Assembly: GCA_964247125.1 (NCBI GenBank)
Contig: CAXTSZ010000002.1
Location: 2,825 to 66,824, forward strand
DNA from: an uncultured bacterium
GTDB taxonomy: Bacteria > Cyanobacteriota > Cyanobacteriia > Cyanobacteriales > Chamaesiphonaceae
Direction of reading: 5' to 3'
DNA length: 64,000 nt
Shown: positions 1 to 8,380 of the stretch, in pieces
Numbering within the stretch: position 1 is the stretch's first letter
Layout: each line of letters starts with the position of its first letter
Notes under the pieces: generated by a model
The model's database searches: none
Told to the model about the DNA's origin: nothing
Seen by the model: the letters and a program-made list of their open reading frames with translations, nothing else
Position numbers and translations under genes: made by a program

Positions 1-687
1 TCCTTACTCCGCGATCCGGAAACGGCGGCGGCGATCGTCCGCGCCGTAGTCCAAGCCGTCAACATTCCGGTCACCGTCAAAACTCGGATCGGCTGGTCGG
101 ATAGCGAAATCAATATTTTGAGCTTCGCCAAACTAATGGAAGACTCTGGTGCCCAGATGCTTACTGTCCACGGTCGCACCCGTGCTCAAGGCTACAATGG
201 CCCCGCTAAGTGGGACTGGATTCGGCAGGTCAAGGAAATTTTGACCATTCCGGTGATTGGCAATGGCGATATGTTCTCGGTGCAAGCAGCAGTGGACTGC
301 CTCGAACAAACTGGGGCTGATGGGGTGATGTGTTCGCGCGGTACTTTGGGCTATCCCTTTTTGGTAGGCGAGGTCGATCACTTTTTAAAAACTGGCGAAG
401 AACTAGTGCCACCGACGCCGATCGAACGCCTAGAATGTGCCCGCGATCATTTGCAAGCGCTGTTTGACTACAAGGGAATTTATGGTGTGCGCCAAGCCCG
501 GAAGCACCTCACTTGGTATGCCAAGGGTTTTGCGGGGGCGGCGGAGTTGCGTGGTAAGTTGGCGCTGATTGAAACGGTAGAGGGGGGGACGGAGTTGCTC
601 GATCGACATATTCAATACTTAGCCGATTTGGGCAGCGCGGCATCTACCCCAGAGGAATTGGCTTTTCCGGTTTTAGCGCAGGTGTAA
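1..687 (+). CDS. dus: tRNA-dihydrouridine synthase (Dus family), 5' end cut by window edge
   Basis: The frame is open from nt 1 (SLLRDPETAAAIVRAV..VTVKTRIGW) and continues into the tracked ORF 118..687. Dus-type TIM-barrel motifs LTVHGRTRAQGY and IPVIGNGD, with a C-terminal helical domain. Confidence 0.85.
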   Translation, partial: SLLRDPETAAAIVRAVVQAVNIPVTVKTRIGWSDSEINILSFAKLMEDSGAQMLTVHGRTRAQGYNGPAKWDWIRQVKEILTIPVIGNGDMFSVQAAVDCLEQTGADGVMCSRGTLGYPFLVGEVDHFLKTGEELVPPTPIERLECARDHLQALFDYKGIYGVRQARKHLTWYAKGFAGAAELRGKLALIETVEGGTELLDRHIQYLADLGSAASTPEELAFPVLAQV

Positions 688-927
688 TTTTTGCTGCATT
701 AGTTTGGAATAGTTCTCGAAACCTTCGATCGGATCGTCAAACCCATCCAGAATTTTGACTAAACCTTGGGCACTACCGAATTTAGGTTTTGGTAAAGCTG
801 GATTGAGTAACATTAGCGTGACGATCATCCCATCATTCCGCGCAATCATTACTTCTTCTCCACTTACCACTACATCAATTAATTCAGGCAGACGATCCTG
901 TGCTTCTTGTAGCGTAAGGGTTTGCAT
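673..927 (-). CDS. Type II antitoxin: Phd/YefM-like N-terminus with DUF2281-like C-terminal tail; no cognate toxin visible
   Basis: 84 aa. N-terminus MQTLTLQEAQDRLPELIDVV..EEVMIARND is Phd/YefM-like. C-terminal KPKFGSAQGLVKILDGFDDPIEGFENY matches the FGSxKG..DFDxP..F..Y tail of VapB/DUF2281 antitoxins. The 3' end overlaps dus convergently by 15 nt. Confidence 0.7.
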   Translation of the reverse strand: MQTLTLQEAQDRLPELIDVVVSGEEVMIARNDGMIVTLMLLNPALPKPKFGSAQGLVKILDGFDDPIEGFENYSKLMQQKLHLR

Positions 928-976
928 CAGATAGATAATAAATAATTTCTTCTATTGTATCTAAAATTTCTCATGG

Positions 977-1117
977 TTATTGAAAGTTTCGATAAATGCC
1001 GATAGGGAAGAAGACATCACCACCACGATTACCACAAGCATCAATTGCTCTCTGGATGGATATGCGATCGTCTACTACACCATCTCCAATAGCTCCAAAA
1101 TCTTTGACATTAAACAT
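977..1117 (-). pseudogene. Truncated N-terminal fragment of a pectate-lyase-superfamily (Pectate_lyase_3 / tailspike-like beta-helix) protein
   Basis: My own translation of the minus strand gives MFNVKDFGAIGDGVVDDRISIQRAIDACGNRGGDVFFPIGIYRNFQ* (46 codons). It matches the family N-terminal signature xNVKDFGAxGDGxxDDxxAIQxAIDA...GGxVxFPxGxY, and a stop comes where several hundred more residues are expected. The tracked ORF 980..1174 (+) is its mirror. Confidence 0.6.
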
Positions 1118-1395
1118 AAATACCGTCAATTCAAATCTGGAGCTTCATCTCTAGGGGATTTGGTGGTAGTTTAGTTGAATAATTCTTTTCCTTTGAAGTA
1201 ATATATTGCAGATTCCTTATCGAAAAAGTAACATGAAACTTTTCAAGAATGTTCTACTTGTTTTATCAGCAACATTTCTGTTTACAGGAAATCCTTCTAC
1301 TGGATTCTTCTTTGCAATCTGAGTGGTAACAATATCACTGTTGATCTAGCGATTGAAAATAACACTGCTGGCGATTAATTACAGGAAATTAAACG

Positions 1396-1875
1396 ATGTG
1401 GAAAGTTAAAATGTACTCGCAGGGTGTCGATATTACCCTAGTCGAATTGAGAAAGATCGGTGAAAACTTAGGGATCTTGTTTCCACCAGACTATGAGATG
1501 TTTGTTCTCATGGGACTAGCTGGTGGTCAGCCACATTCCAATTCATTTCTTATTTGTCCAGATATGGGCGATGCAACCATTAGCCAGTTCATAAATCCGC
1601 AGAAAATTGCGGACAAAATAGAAAATGCGCCGCACTTATACGGTGACAATCTCATCCCCATTGCTCAGGAAGGGACAGGCGATAGTATTTGCTTGAAGCG
1701 TAATGATAATGGTATTCACTATGTTGCCCATGAGTATCTTGACGACCCCAAACGCGCACTGACATTATTGGCACCAACTTGGAGTGACTTTCTTGAGAGA
1801 GTTGAGCCTTATTCACTTGATTACCCTGTAATCTTCTCCAAGTCGATCGAATTAGTTAAGAATATACCAGATTAA
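1396..1875 (+). CDS. SMI1/KNR4 (SUKH-1) family protein, immunity-protein type
   Basis: 159 aa. LRKIGENLGILFPPDYEMFVLMGLAGG matches the SUKH-1 L..E..LG..LP.DY..FL...NG motif. The later IPIAQEGTGDSICL...HE block is also family-typical. Confidence 0.7.
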   Translation: MWKVKMYSQGVDITLVELRKIGENLGILFPPDYEMFVLMGLAGGQPHSNSFLICPDMGDATISQFINPQKIADKIENAPHLYGDNLIPIAQEGTGDSICLKRNDNGIHYVAHEYLDDPKRALTLLAPTWSDFLERVEPYSLDYPVIFSKSIELVKNIPD

Positions 1876-1877
1876 AA

Positions 1878-1908
1878 AGCGATCAAGTTTGATACTTGAT
1901 CGCTTTTT
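1878..1908 (+). terminator. Rho-independent terminator after the SUKH gene
   Basis: Perfect 11-bp stem agcgatcaagt / acttgatcgct (1878-1888 / 1894-1904), 5-nt loop, then a T-run at 1904-1908. Confidence 0.75.
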
Positions 1909-1921
1909 CATTGATCGATTC

Positions 1922-1991
1922 AGTTAAAACTATGTTGGATTGGATTGGCGTTGGCGTTGGCTACCGGAGGTAATCGCTCTTGATGCTCGAT
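1922..1991 (+). repeat. Copy A of a ~70-nt dispersed repeat flanking the MazEF cassette
   Basis: agttaaaactatg..ggattggcgttggcgttggctaccggaggtaatcgctcttgatgctcgat aligns with 2679-2748 with roughly ten mismatches or indels. The 12-nt head cagttaaaacta recurs at 2011-2022, overlapping the mazF stop codon. Confidence 0.7.
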
Positions 1992-2019
1992 GATTCTCGG
2001 TCGATCGAATCAGTTAAAA

Positions 2020-2364
2020 CTACAAATACAAAATAGTTCTGATACCGTCATCTATTTCCGATTGCAAGATATCTGGAATCGAACCAATTCTCTCTATTAA
2101 AAATTTTTTATCTAACGTGAGGATCTGAGATACATTTGCAACAGAATCTTTTGGTAATCCCGATGCAGCTCTCGGCAACAACACATTGCCTGGAGCTGCT
2201 GCCAAATTAAGATTAGACGTAATAATCACAACGATGATGGTATTAATATTGCTTTGAGTAAACGTGTCATCTTGAATTACCAACACAGGGCGATTGTATC
2301 CAGGCTCAGATCCGACTGGTTCTGGCAAATTTGCCCACCAAATTTCGCCTCGGTACATTACCAT
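2020..2364 (-). CDS. mazF: MazF/PemK-family type II toxin endoribonuclease
   Basis: 114 aa. GEIWWANLPEPVGSEPGYNRPVLVIQDD...VVIITSN...P.NVLL is the classic PemK/MazF pattern. It overlaps the upstream antitoxin gene by 7 nt. Confidence 0.85.
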   Translation of the reverse strand: MVMYRGEIWWANLPEPVGSEPGYNRPVLVIQDDTFTQSNINTIIVVIITSNLNLAAAPGNVLLPRAASGLPKDSVANVSQILTLDKKFLIERIGSIPDILQSEIDDGIRTILYL

Positions 2365-2594
2365 TCCTCACGCGGTAAAGACATAAATTGCATAGTAGCG
2401 ATCGTTGGATCTAGATCGGAAGATTCTTCACTATAGACTTTATTTAACTGGCTCAAAATTTGCTGACGATTATATTTGCACAGATAGGACTGTAACGCCT
2501 TGGAATAAAGCTCACTACGGGAAATTCCCAATTGCTGGGCTAGGGCTTCAGCTTCCGTAAAAACTGAATCTGGGAGAGAAATAGCAGTTTTCAT
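2358..2594 (-). CDS. Ribbon-helix-helix (CopG/MazE-like) antitoxin
   Basis: MKTAISLPDSVFTEAEALAQQLGISRSELYSKALQSYL is a typical RHH antitoxin N-terminus. I prefer the ATG at 2594 (taagg 7 nt upstream) over the tracked start at 2618. Confidence 0.8.
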   Translation of the reverse strand: MKTAISLPDSVFTEAEALAQQLGISRSELYSKALQSYLCKYNRQQILSQLNKVYSEESSDLDPTIATMQFMSLPREEW

Positions 2595-2624
2595 ACTAAC
2601 CTTAGCTAGAATCATCAATTCTTA

Positions 2625-2653
2625 GTTATACTATTGTTATACCAAGATTGCAA
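2625..2653 (-). promoter_or_regulatory. Putative sigma70-type promoter with direct-repeat operator for the RHH-mazF operon
   Basis: On the minus strand: TTGCAA (2653-2648), 17 nt, TATAAC (2630-2625). The direct repeat GTTATAC-TATT-GTTATAC (2625-2642, plus strand) overlaps the -10 region, as expected for RHH autorepression. Confidence 0.4.
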
Positions 2654-2678
2654 GGGTCTACACCAACGCTAACGAATT

Positions 2679-2748
2679 AGTTAAAACTACGCCAGATTGA
2701 AATTGCGTTGGCGTAGCCTACCGGAGGTAATCGCTCTTGAAGCTCGAT
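2679..2748 (+). repeat. Copy B of the ~70-nt dispersed repeat flanking the MazEF cassette
   Basis: agttaaaactacgccagattgaaattgcgttggcgtagcctaccggaggtaatcgctcttgaagctcgat. It runs into a perfect 20-nt palindrome tgaagctcgatcgagcttca (2738-2757). Confidence 0.7.
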
Positions 2749-2765
2749 CGAGCTTCATTCGATCA

Positions 2766-2978
2766 TTAGCCAACTGCATATTCGGTAAATTGACGCTTAA
2801 AAGGAAAATGAAAGCCAACCACAATAGCAGTCTTAGCAACTCCCATCTCTACAAGCTCCGCCGTAATATCATTTTCAGTACCATTGTGCTGAAGCCAAAT
2901 TCTTCCATCTTTAATATCGAGAATGGGTAAACAATTTTCTGAATCCAGGTCAGACCGTATGGTAGGTTTAAGGTGTGA
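2766..2978 (-). pseudogene. xisI: xisI-like remnant (C-terminal half of the XisI family, no start codon)
   Basis: My minus-strand translation gives ..LPILDIKDGRIWLQHNGTENDITAELVEMGVAKTAIVVGFHFPFKRQFTEYAVG*. This matches the XisI C-terminal signature DIKxGKIWIQxxGTE..IAxELVExGVPKxDIVLxFHxPxxRxxTxFAV. The frame is closed by TGA at 2979-2981, and there is no in-frame ATG before VEMG. Confidence 0.6.
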
Positions 2979-3008
2979 TCAGAATTTTGAGGGCTGGGGA
3001 AAAATTCA

Positions 3009-3650
3009 TTGGGAATAGAATTACGTAGCTTCGTCTTTTTAGACAGTCTACAACCACAACACGCAGCATATATGGGGACTGTGGCACAAGGCTTTTTGCC
3101 CTTGCCTGGCGATAGCTCGCTCTGGATTGAGATTTCGCCCGGAATTGAGATTAATAAAATCACCGATATTGCGCTCAAATCAGCTTCGGTCAAACCCGGA
3201 GTCCAAATCGTGGAACGCTTGTATGGGCTGCTCGAAATTCACTCTAGCTCGCAGGGGGAAACCCAAGCCGCTGGGCGGGCAATTTTAGATTATTTAGGTG
3301 TTAAAAATACCGAAGGATTGAAGCCCCGCGTGGTTTCTAGCCAGATTATTCGGAACATTGATGCCTATCAAACCCAATTAATTAATCGGATGCGGCGCGG
3401 TCATATGCTGCTAGCAGGACAAACATTGTATGTGCTAGAAGTAGAACCAGCTGCCTATGCCGCCTTAGCGGCGAATGAAGCCGAAAAAGCCGCGTCCATC
3501 AATATTTTAGAAGTACAAGCCGTGGGTAGCTTTGGCCGCTTGTATTTGGGTGGCTACGAGCGAGATATTTTGGCAGGAGCCGCTGGTGCTTTAGCAGCGA
3601 TCGAAGGGGTCGCTGGCCGGGAAAAATCTCCCCATCAACGCTTGGAGTGA
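3009..3650 (+). CDS. ccmP: Carboxysome shell protein CcmP (tandem BMC domains)
   Basis: 213 aa. [35 protein letters not shown]...[20 protein letters not shown]...[13 protein letters not shown] is near-collinear with what I recall of S. elongatus CcmP. It uses a TTG start at 3009. Confidence 0.8.
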   Translation: MGIELRSFVFLDSLQPQHAAYMGTVAQGFLPLPGDSSLWIEISPGIEINKITDIALKSASVKPGVQIVERLYGLLEIHSSSQGETQAAGRAILDYLGVKNTEGLKPRVVSSQIIRNIDAYQTQLINRMRRGHMLLAGQTLYVLEVEPAAYAALAANEAEKAASINILEVQAVGSFGRLYLGGYERDILAGAAGALAAIEGVAGREKSPHQRLE

Positions 3651-4249
3651 CCTCAATGATCCATACTGAGATTTTTGCGGGGCAAGATTTACGAGGCAAA
3701 GACTTCGCTCTCGCCGATTTACAAGGAATAGTATTTGACCATGCCGATTTGAGTGGCGCTAATTTGCTAGGAGCCAATCTGCGCGGTGCCAGTTTGCAGG
3801 GCACTATCTTAAATGGCGCGAATTTGGTGGGAGCTGATTTAAACGGCGCCAATTTACAACAGGCCGACCTCGGTGAAGCCCACCTCCACCGCGCTAATTT
3901 TTGTTTTGCTAATTTGCGGGCAGCTAATTTGATCAGCGCCGACTTAAACGCTGCCAAGCTATTTGAGGCCGAAATTCAGGGCGCCTATCTCTATCGCAGT
4001 AACTTAAGCTATGCCGATCTAACCCGGGCGCATTTGGCAGGAGCTTATTTAGTGCGATCGAATCTCAGTTATGCCAACCTCACCCAGGCCGATTTACGGT
4101 GGTCTAATCTGCACCAAGCCAATCTGATGAGAGCGAATGTGCGCCGCACACAATTTGACCAGGCTCAATATTTAGGGCAATCGCAACTAGAACTGGCCCA
4201 ATATTGGCAAGAAGCCACCTTTGACCTGATGAAAGACAGCAAAAAATAA
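3647..4249 (+). CDS. Pentapeptide-repeat protein
   Basis: Continuous A(D/N)LxG/A pentapeptide units ([33 protein letters not shown]...). The GTG start overlaps the ccmP stop (GTGA); an alternative ATG lies at 3656. Confidence 0.85.
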   Translation: MTSMIHTEIFAGQDLRGKDFALADLQGIVFDHADLSGANLLGANLRGASLQGTILNGANLVGADLNGANLQQADLGEAHLHRANFCFANLRAANLISADLNAAKLFEAEIQGAYLYRSNLSYADLTRAHLAGAYLVRSNLSYANLTQADLRWSNLHQANLMRANVRRTQFDQAQYLGQSQLELAQYWQEATFDLMKDSKK

Positions 4250-4258
4250 CCAGTGTGA

Positions 4259-5104
4259 TCAACCGCGCTTTTTCAAAAAGCCTGTAATATCAGTAGTAAG
4301 CATATTAAAACCAGTCGCAGCTGTTTTACGCGTAGACTTCAGAACAGTGGGCGGGACAACAGCAGACAAACCATGAGCATCTGGCTCCATCTCTTTGACC
4401 AGATCAGTCATAATAAGTCGCAGCCCAATTTGTTGAACAGTGGAGATGGGTAAACCAGTCTCCTGCGCAATTTGGGAAATACTAGTGTAGCCATTGGCTA
4501 ATTCCCATACCTGAACTTCTTGAGTATCCAGTTTGAAGGTCGGTAGATCGGAGCGCAGCTTTTTCAGGCTCTTGTCTACCATGGGGAGCTGATGCTCAAA
4601 AAGACGCCAATCTCTTAAGACTCTTAAGCCCAACAAAATGGCTTCGGCAGCAGTAATACTCATGCCAGTCATTTCGGACTGTACCAAAGGCGATTTTTCA
4701 TCAAAATAGAACTCGCCATCGTCAGTTTTGAAAAGCGCACAAACTGGCTGAATCACCTGAGCATGAAACAACAACCGCAGTTGCTCGGTATCGAGCACCC
4801 CAGCGGCATGGAGTTGTGCTCCCAACGGTTGTCCTAGCGATTCTAGCTGGCAGTGCCAAGTAAATATATCAGCTGGTGTAACTAATTTGCGTTTTTTGAT
4901 CATTTCGAGCAAGCCAGTATGTTCTAGATCGCTCGCCATCGCCATAATGCGCCCACTTTGAAACCAAATACAAGCAGGATCTTCTGGAACACTGGCAGAG
5001 TTATTAGCCATAGTTATCGAAAGCAAGCCTGTTCGATAGCCTCGCTGAATAAATTGAAAGATCTTGGCTAGTGAATGTTCTGATAAAGATCCTTGGAAAG
5101 CCAT
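4259..5104 (-). CDS. DUF4388 (PATAN) domain protein
   Basis: MAFQGSLSEHSLAKIFQFIQRGYRTGLLSI is the usual F.G.L....L..I.Q......G.L opening of PATAN/DUF4388. The C-terminus has an HTH-like ISQIAQETGLPISTVQQI segment. The tracked ORF extends to 5128. Confidence 0.7.
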   Translation of the reverse strand: MAFQGSLSEHSLAKIFQFIQRGYRTGLLSITMANNSASVPEDPACIWFQSGRIMAMASDLEHTGLLEMIKKRKLVTPADIFTWHCQLESLGQPLGAQLHAAGVLDTEQLRLLFHAQVIQPVCALFKTDDGEFYFDEKSPLVQSEMTGMSITAAEAILLGLRVLRDWRLFEHQLPMVDKSLKKLRSDLPTFKLDTQEVQVWELANGYTSISQIAQETGLPISTVQQIGLRLIMTDLVKEMEPDAHGLSAVVPPTVLKSTRKTAATGFNMLTTDITGFLKKRG

Positions 5105-5337
5105 TGATGAATCCGGTAGAGAGCGCATTTCAAATATACCAATTACAACTTGCTGCCAACTTAAAAAGTTAAGCAGTTAAATTGGCCATATCTAATTTAT
5201 ACAATAGCTATACAAATAAACCATTCAGTGTGATCACTCATTATTTAGAATAGAGACTTTTTAGCAGCGCGCAGGCTCAGTATTTACACGAGGAATAATC
5301 TGTCAATTATTCAATGGGGCAAGTGAAGCGATCATCT

Positions 5338-5811
5338 TTAGCGGACAGCTTTAAATTCAAATACATCATAAGCACTGCCCCGCAAAACAGAGTCCGTATG
5401 AATACCTTGCAAACGCTGATCGCCAGTTAATACTTCTAAAGCTCCCCCAATTACACCCAGCGTAAAGGTGCATTTGCGGCTCGAACCGAGGGCTTCACCA
5501 GCTGAACAAACAGTTTCAGTACAATAAACTTTGATCACATCGCCTTCTTGCTCAACTTTGTTCACAGCAGTTAAACGGGTACCGTTTTGGCCAACGGCGG
5601 CATCCAATTGGGCGGCAACTTCAGCAATGGCCAATTTGGCATCAGCGAGACCGAGACTAATCGCGATCTTTTTGCCATGAGTTCGACCAGCCGCAATCAA
5701 AGCAATGGCTGTGGCTTTTTCACCCAGAGCATCTTCGATACCAGTAACGATAGATTTGAAAGAGATGATACTACTATAATCACCAAGGTTTTCTCGAATA
5801 GCAGTAGACAT
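5338..5811 (-). CDS. V4R (4-vinyl reductase-like, hydrocarbon-binding) domain protein
   Basis: 157 aa. The C-terminal CTETVCSAGE...KCTFTLGVIGGALE Cys/Gly pattern is typical of V4R domains (COG1719). Confidence 0.5.
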   Translation of the reverse strand: MSTAIRENLGDYSSIISFKSIVTGIEDALGEKATAIALIAAGRTHGKKIAISLGLADAKLAIAEVAAQLDAAVGQNGTRLTAVNKVEQEGDVIKVYCTETVCSAGEALGSSRKCTFTLGVIGGALEVLTGDQRLQGIHTDSVLRGSAYDVFEFKAVR

Positions 5812-5950
5812 GATTTTTCCTAAAGTTGTAATCGGGATGAGTAGTCAGATTGCAACTATCATCCACTGTCATTTATATGTCATGTCTACAACTTAAGCTT
5901 CCGTGAGACCACGAGGATTTAATGACGAGGCAGGCACAGTAACCAAAAAT

Positions 5951-6385
5951 TCAGTATTTATGCGGATAGCCATAGAGTAGTTCGATCGGCAAGCCATCGG
6001 GATCGGCGACAAAAGCCACCTCATATATCTGTGACCCAATTTGTTGCTGATGTGGGGCAAGTAAAACCTGGGGTTCTAGCTCGAATTCTGGGTTAGCTAG
6101 TAATTGAGTAGCAAAACTGGCCAGCCAAGCGGTGAGATTAGGAGCTTGAGTGGTCACATCCAGAGCCAGATGGTAGTAACCCACATAATGTTCATTGTGA
6201 AAAGAATCAGCCACCGGGTGGGGATCAGGAATCTGAATTAGTTCCAAACGAGACTGTTGACCAACCAACCAGCAGGCCAAAGTGTAGCCAGTGGTAAATT
6301 GCTCGCTCATCTCAAAGCCCAAACAGGCATAAAAGGCGATCGATCGATGAATATTGGCGGTCCGAATCGAAATGTGATGCAACAT
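5951..6385 (-). CDS. VOC / glyoxalase-bleomycin resistance family protein
   Basis: MLHHISIRTANIHRSIAFYACLGF and a later HLALDV block, the typical paired beta-alpha-beta-beta-beta module. Confidence 0.75.
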   Translation of the reverse strand: MLHHISIRTANIHRSIAFYACLGFEMSEQFTTGYTLACWLVGQQSRLELIQIPDPHPVADSFHNEHYVGYYHLALDVTTQAPNLTAWLASFATQLLANPEFELEPQVLLAPHQQQIGSQIYEVAFVADPDGLPIELLYGYPHKY

Positions 6386-6395
6386 TAATCTAAAA

Positions 6396-6899
6396 CTAGG
6401 GCGACATCCGAAAGTAAGGGTAGTGAATGGGAATCCCTGGCTCCTTGTCCAGATCGAAATTGATCACGGCCCAACAGGGTTCAGTATTAGCCTCTGGACT
6501 AAAAAACACAGGCAGGCCAAACAATAATGGCAAATTAGATTCACTGATAATCCAGGGCATTCCTTTTTCGAGGTAGCTACCAATTAGATCCTGATAGCGG
6601 TGCGCAATAATCACGCGGGTCGATCGGTAGCCCTGCACATAGAGTTTATCCAAAGCATCATGAATCTCGAAACGAATACCATCGGGATGAGTGTGCTGTC
6701 GATACCACTCGCTCTCCCACAGTTGCCAATGGCGGCCAGATTGCAGATGCACCAGCTCACGGGTGTGGGGGTCAGATTCAAAAGCTCCGTGCCGAGGACA
6801 CAGATATGTATCAGTCAAAGTTAGGCCAGGGATAGCTTGGTGACAGTGAGGGCAGGTGATCTCCGCCCCGAAGATTGGATACTGGAAGGCTAAATTCAT
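6396..6899 (-). CDS. Conserved cyanobacterial protein (TIGR02652-like) with N-terminal Cys-rich zinc-ribbon-like motif
   Basis: YPIFGAEITCPHCHQAIPGLTLTDTYLCPRHGAFE...HLQSGRHWQLW..WYRQHTHPDGIRFEIH. I recall this as the TIGR02652 family. Confidence 0.6.
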   Translation of the reverse strand: MNLAFQYPIFGAEITCPHCHQAIPGLTLTDTYLCPRHGAFESDPHTRELVHLQSGRHWQLWESEWYRQHTHPDGIRFEIHDALDKLYVQGYRSTRVIIAHRYQDLIGSYLEKGMPWIISESNLPLLFGLPVFFSPEANTEPCWAVINFDLDKEPGIPIHYPYFRMSP

Positions 6900-7366
6900 G
6901 TGAGATAATCAGTCAGACGGCTAATATAAGAACCCAATTTATTCATAAAATGTCTGCTTTACGCCCCTATCCTACACCGATTTGTCAGTCTGGGTCGGGA
7001 GTTATTCATTAATCCTTACCTTTTAATAATGAAATACAAAGTGCTAGTTTTCCAAACTTTTTGGGCATCTTTAACATAGTCGGGAAATACCAACTTCATC
7101 GACTTGTCCCAATTTTATGATCGGGTCTTACTCTACCAACTCCATCAATTACTGATAGATCAGGTAGCTTCTGCCGTCGGCATCAAGTGTCGGCATACCA
7201 ATATCCACCAGCCCACAGAATTAAGGATTTTTAATAATTTTACAAAAACAGCTATCAAATTAGCCCTACTAAATTAGGCGGGGTCGGAGAAATTTCAGTT
7301 GATATTGCTGCCTTGGTAGTAGATATCTGATCGTCACATTGCAATCAGTATTTTAGGAGTAGAACG

Positions 7367-8380
7367 ATGGATGACAACAAACAGCAGATAGTTCACTATT
7401 TTATCGAAGAAGCCCAAGAGCATTTAGATGTGGTAGAACAGGGCTTGTTAGATTTGGGCGAAGTCATTAAAGATGCCGATCGAGTCAATGAAATGTTTCG
7501 GGCAGCGCACTCCGTGAAGGGCGGAGCCGCTATGCTGGGTTTTGATAGCATTCAAAAAACTGCCCACGAGCTAGAAGATTGCTTTAAGATCATGCGCGAT
7601 CACGCCATCACTGTCGATCGGCAACTAGAAACCATGTTCCTCAAAGGCTATGACACCCTGAAAGAATTAGTAGGGGAACTCGCCAACTCGCCGACTCTCA
7701 CCCTCCGACCAGAAATCGTCGATCCGATCGTGCAGGGTTCCCGCACTAATTTTGTTGAATTAAAAGAATATTTGAATGACTTGTTGAGCATGGCTACAGT
7801 CAGTCCCGATACGGCACCAAATTTTCAGGCTACGCCAGTACCAGCGATGGCTGTGGCCAACAGCGGGAGTACTCCTACGGCCGTCATTGCACCACCGCTC
7901 AATATCACCGCCAAGGTCATGGAAAACCTCCGAGCAATGTTGGGAGCCTTCAAGCAGGGCGAAACCGCTGCTCCCCGCCAGCAAATTCATCGTTACTGCC
8001 AAAATTTGTCGGCTTTTGGCCCAGAGACAGCAAGCTGGCAGAATATCGTAAAACTTGCGTCTCAGGCCATTAATAATTCGGCCAACACTTATGAAGCATT
8101 AGCGCCAGTAGTGATCAAGGATCTAAAAATAGCTGGCGACTTATTGGCAGCTGGACGCGGCAACGAAGCATTGCCCAGTTCAGTACTGCAATCCCTGGCT
8201 GTTACCGCAGCCCCAGTGTTAACTCCGCTCACAGTAGCTCCCAGCGCACCGGCTCAAATCACCATTCCGCTAGATTCGCGGGCAGCAGCTCAGGCCATTC
8301 TGCGCAGCTTCAATCGCCAGCAAGTCACAGAATTAGTTGTCTTGTTGCACCGGGCCATTAATGCTCCTAAGCAAAACTAG
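7367..8380 (+). CDS. Hpt (histidine phosphotransfer) domain protein with long Ala/Pro-rich C-terminal region
   Basis: [19 protein letters not shown]....[17 protein letters not shown] is the CheA-type Hpt signature (HSxKG). No kinase domain follows. Confidence 0.8.
   Translation: MDDNKQQIVHYFIEEAQEHLDVVEQGLLDLGEVIKDADRVNEMFRAAHSVKGGAAMLGFDSIQKTAHELEDCFKIMRDHAITVDRQLETMFLKGYDTLKELVGELANSPTLTLRPEIVDPIVQGSRTNFVELKEYLNDLLSMATVSPDTAPNFQATPVPAMAVANSGSTPTAVIAPPLNITAKVMENLRAMLGAFKQGETAAPRQQIHRYCQNLSAFGPETASWQNIVKLASQAINNSANTYEALAPVVIKDLKIAGDLLAAGRGNEALPSSVLQSLAVTAAPVLTPLTVAPSAPAQITIPLDSRAAAQAILRSFNRQQVTELVVLLHRAINAPKQN

Noticed and set aside
980-1174. 64-aa plus-strand ORF
   Set aside because: It is the mirror of the minus-strand pectate-lyase-family fragment, whose translation has a clear family signature. 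The plus-strand product is low-complexity.
1917-2757. Reading the repeats that flank MazEF as integron attC sites (GTTAAAAC resembles a GTTRRRY core)
   Set aside because: Neither the core nor the inverse-core consensus is matched exactly. There is no intI gene, and only one cassette is bracketed. It is reported as a generic flanking repeat instead.
2849-3193. 114-aa minus-strand ORF overlapping the ccmP start, and the 2697..2930 plus-strand ORF
   Set aside because: Both overlap better-supported features (ccmP, the xisI remnant in a different frame, repeat copy B) and show no family resemblance.
3499-3957. 152-aa ORF antisense to the ccmP 3' end and the pentapeptide-repeat gene, with a repetitive KLAP-like sequence
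   Set aside because: It is the mirror image of the pentapeptide repeat periodicity. Repeats keep the antisense frame open, and nothing supports independent coding.
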